Made by a program: the position numbers and the translations under genes. The notes beneath the pieces were generated by a model that was given only the letters and a program-made list of their open reading frames with translations, was not told the origin of the DNA and ran no database searches. From NCBI GenBank assembly GCA_002269645.1, contig NIVC01002695.1, positions 85,073-149,072 of the forward strand: DNA of 64,000 nucleotides, read 5' to 3'. This DNA comes from Macrostomum lignano (taxonomy: Eukaryota). This document shows, one piece after another, positions 61,468-64,000 of this stretch; within the stretch, counting starts at the first letter, position 1, and each line of letters starts with the position of its first letter.

Positions 61468-61863
61468 TGTTATGTATGCATTAAGGAGACGGAGTCATTC
61501 GGTTGTTGTCAGACGATTGAGTGAGTTTTAGTAAGACAAAACTCAATATTATTTGCGACGCGTTTCGGCTAAAACTAGCCATCTTCAGGCACTATCGAAC
61601 AGAATTTATTTCAACCTATTAAATACTGTGTAGACGACAAAATCAGGTATTGAAAAGATATAAAAGTACTAAAGGATCAGTCCTTTCCTGAAAGTTTTCC
61701 TGAAAGTTTTCCTGAAAGTTTTGTACTCATATATTTCAGAGCGCTCACGCCAAGCGACTTCTAGGCCTCTTGGCTTTCTTTAAATTCTGCTCTGCTCTAC
61801 TTTATAAAATAAACTTACTGTGGTGGTTCCCAGGTGTCTATGGCCCTGAGCCCACACACAGCA
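61468..61863 (-). repeat. Putative 3' LTR of the Gypsy element (about 396 bp)
   Basis: On the minus strand it begins TGCTGTGTG directly after the polypurine tract AAGGGGGAAGG (61864-61874) and ends ...ATACATAACA. It contains TATAAA (61801-06) and AATAAA (61605-10). The 5' LTR is outside the window. Confidence 0.65.
61554..61591 (-). ncRNA. Minimal type I hammerhead ribozyme motif
   Basis: Minus strand reads UGC CUGAAGA U GGCUA-GUUU-UAGCC GAAA C-GC-G UC^ GCA. It has the conserved core CUGANGA/GAAA/UH, a 5-bp stem II, a palindromic ACGCGU stem III and a 3-bp stem I. Confidence 0.6.
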
Positions 61864-61944
61864 CCTTCCCCCTTACAATGGGTAGCGCAAGTTAGTGAGT
61901 AGACAATGCAAGCCAACATCAGCATGTATAGTCAACTCGTGGCT

Positions 61945-64000
61945 TTAGCGCCAGTCGGTAGCTGCGCCGTGGCTGGCCTTGATCCTTCGGTGGGAGATGC
62001 TCTTTGTCCTCCGGCTCTCCCTCTTCCCCGGACTTGGGCAGCTGGTCGATATTGGACTGCTCTGCCGTCTGATCCTTTGACCTCCAGGCTGTTGATCAGA
62101 GTCGGTGCATGGCCTCAGTTGATCCAGATGAGCCCTCCGGTAGACTGGCTTCTGTTCCTCAGTCTTGATGAGCGCCATGCTCCTTCCTAGCGGTAGCACA
62201 ATTCTTGCCGGAACCGCAGCATCTCGGAAGTTCTTGTAAATCACCTGCTCCTCGAGACCGACCTGCCTAGCAGTGAACGGCACCCGAATCCTTCTCGCAA
62301 ACATTTGCTCTGCAGGTGAAACACCGTTTCTGCCAGCCGACGCTCGATAAAACAAAAGAAAACGGTCAATCGTCTTCTGACTGAACCCGTTTGCTTCTAT
62401 TGTCTCCTTCACAGTTCTTACCAGCCGTTCAGCCGCACCGTTGCTTTGCGGATGATACGCTGGCGTAGTAAGATGCTCGCAGTCGATTTCCGTGAGCCAC
62501 TGGTTCAATTCAGAACTCATAAAGCTCGGCCCGTTGTCGGTAACCAAAGTTTGTGGTACTCCGAACTGGGAAAACGTTCGACGGAGACGCTCTATTACTG
62601 TGGTCGACTTCATGTCATTAACGATGTAAATCTCTGGGTAACCAGTGTATGCGTCTACCAGCACCAAGATGTACTGTTTCTGAATTGGTCCTGCAAAATC
62701 TGCATGAACTCGCTGCCATGGCCCAGCAGCCTGCGGCCAGGGCGTCCGAAAATCTCTATTTTGTGGTTTGGCTGATCGGCATACCCGGCACTTGCTAATG
62801 GTTTTCTCCAAGTCTTTGTCCATCGCTGGCCACCAGAACTCAGTTCTTGCCAGAGATTTAGATTTGACTATTCCCAGGTGTGCTTGGTGAACCACTCCGA
62901 TCGTCTTACAACGCAGTGAACGAGGTATCACTACTCTATGACCTCGAAGAATTAGACCGTCTTGTACTGTGAGCTCATCTCGGACCGGCTTGAAGGCTCG
63001 TAGCTTCGGTGACTTGAAACTTCCTGATCTGATAGCACTCAACAAGCGCTGCATCTCGTTGCATTCTCGAGTTGCTTTTACAATCTCTTCAGTTGGCAAC
63101 AGCGTGCAGAAAGCATTTACATTTCCAATCTCCAAAGTTGCTTCACTCTTATGCTGCGATACTAGTCTGGACAACGCATCTGATGACATCGCCTTGGTGT
63201 TTCGATATTTGATTTCGTAGTCATACGCCGTAAGCAAAATCGACCAACGCTGCAATCTCGCTGAAACACGAGCAGGTAGCTCGCTGTCCACGGCAAATAT
63301 GTAAACCAGCGGTTTGTGGTCGGTAACCAGCGTAAACTTCCTGCCACACAAGAATCGATGGCATCTGCGAACACCCCAAACTATGGCCAACGCCTCAAGT
63401 TCCATCTGCGAGTAGTTTCGCTCAGCCTTCGACAATATTTGCTGATGTAGAGCACTGGACGACCCTCCTGGCTCAGAATTCCTCCAGGGCCTTCTGCGAA
63501 GCATCGACCTCGAGCTCCACAGGCCGATCTGGATCATAGGCCGTTAGCTGCGCATCTCTAGATATTGAAGCTTTGAGGTTTTCCAGCGCCTTGCTCTGTT
63601 TCGGTCCCCACTCGAAGGGTACATTTTTTTGCTTCAGCTGCATCAGCGGAGCAGTCAGGTCACCTAAATTCTGAATGAACCGCGAGCAAAATGCCACTAA
63701 GCCCAGAAATGATTCTAGCTCAGCCAGGTTTTTAGGCGCTTCCATGTCTTTAATTGCACGAACTTTTTCTTCGTCTGGGTAAATGTTGCCGTTTTCGAGT
63801 ATGTGGCCCAAAACCGAATCCTGCTTTGATTCCGCTGGCACTTTTCCTTATTTACATGCAGTCCCTCTGCTTCCAGCCGCTGCAGAACCTCCTCCTCTCT
63901 TGACAACAGCTCGTCCTCATCCTTTCCACCGATCAACACATCATCTATGTAGGCTATAGATCCATTGATTCCCTGATTACTTCTGAGATATATCTTTTGG
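61945..64000 (-). CDS. Gypsy pol polyprotein (RT end, RNase H, integrase) with three 1-nt frameshifts near 63815, 63485 and 63437
   Basis: AYIDDVLI (RT) and DAS...AERNYSQ.ELEALA (RNase H). Integrase HHCC finger H..H...C..C and catalytic motifs HADF / TDNG / AERL. Confidence 0.92.

Larger units (their letters stand above)
61468..64000 (-). mobile_element. Ty3/Gypsy LTR retrotransposon, 3' portion
   Basis: Domain order RT-RNaseH-integrase, followed by a PPT and an LTR. Confidence 0.93.

Noticed and set aside
63430-63820. Programmed ribosomal frameshifting in Gypsy pol
   Set aside because: The shifts fall inside RT and RNase H rather than at a gag-pol boundary, lack heptameric slippery sites, and match the deletion pattern seen in host genes.

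Overview
Repeat-rich eukaryotic (invertebrate animal) genomic DNA. A rhabditophoran flatworm such as Macrostomum is my inference from the gene style, the TTAGGG tracts and the Nav1 channel; it is not proven. Positions 1-25.6 kb are a minus-strand head-to-tail array of two related Helitron-like families. One carries internal (TTAGGG)n tracts, a RepHel-like 5' fragment and a nested intact DD37E Tc1/mariner transposon. Then come the 3' exons of ERLEC1, a possible small membrane protein, a PAR-bZIP factor, a 3.1-kb near-perfect palindrome and a two-intron DEKA-type voltage-gated sodium channel with an unusual domain III pore loop (KGWTL). Further right are two PAN/apple + LamG-like secreted protein paralogs, a hAT MITE, STPG1, a Crypton-like relic with a nested Tc1 derivative, and the 3' half of a Ty3/Gypsy element. 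The putative Gypsy LTR contains a minimal hammerhead ribozyme motif, which is my top candidate for a novel system. Seven frameshifts in otherwise intact genes are all single-base losses, which suggests sequencing or assembly indel errors.
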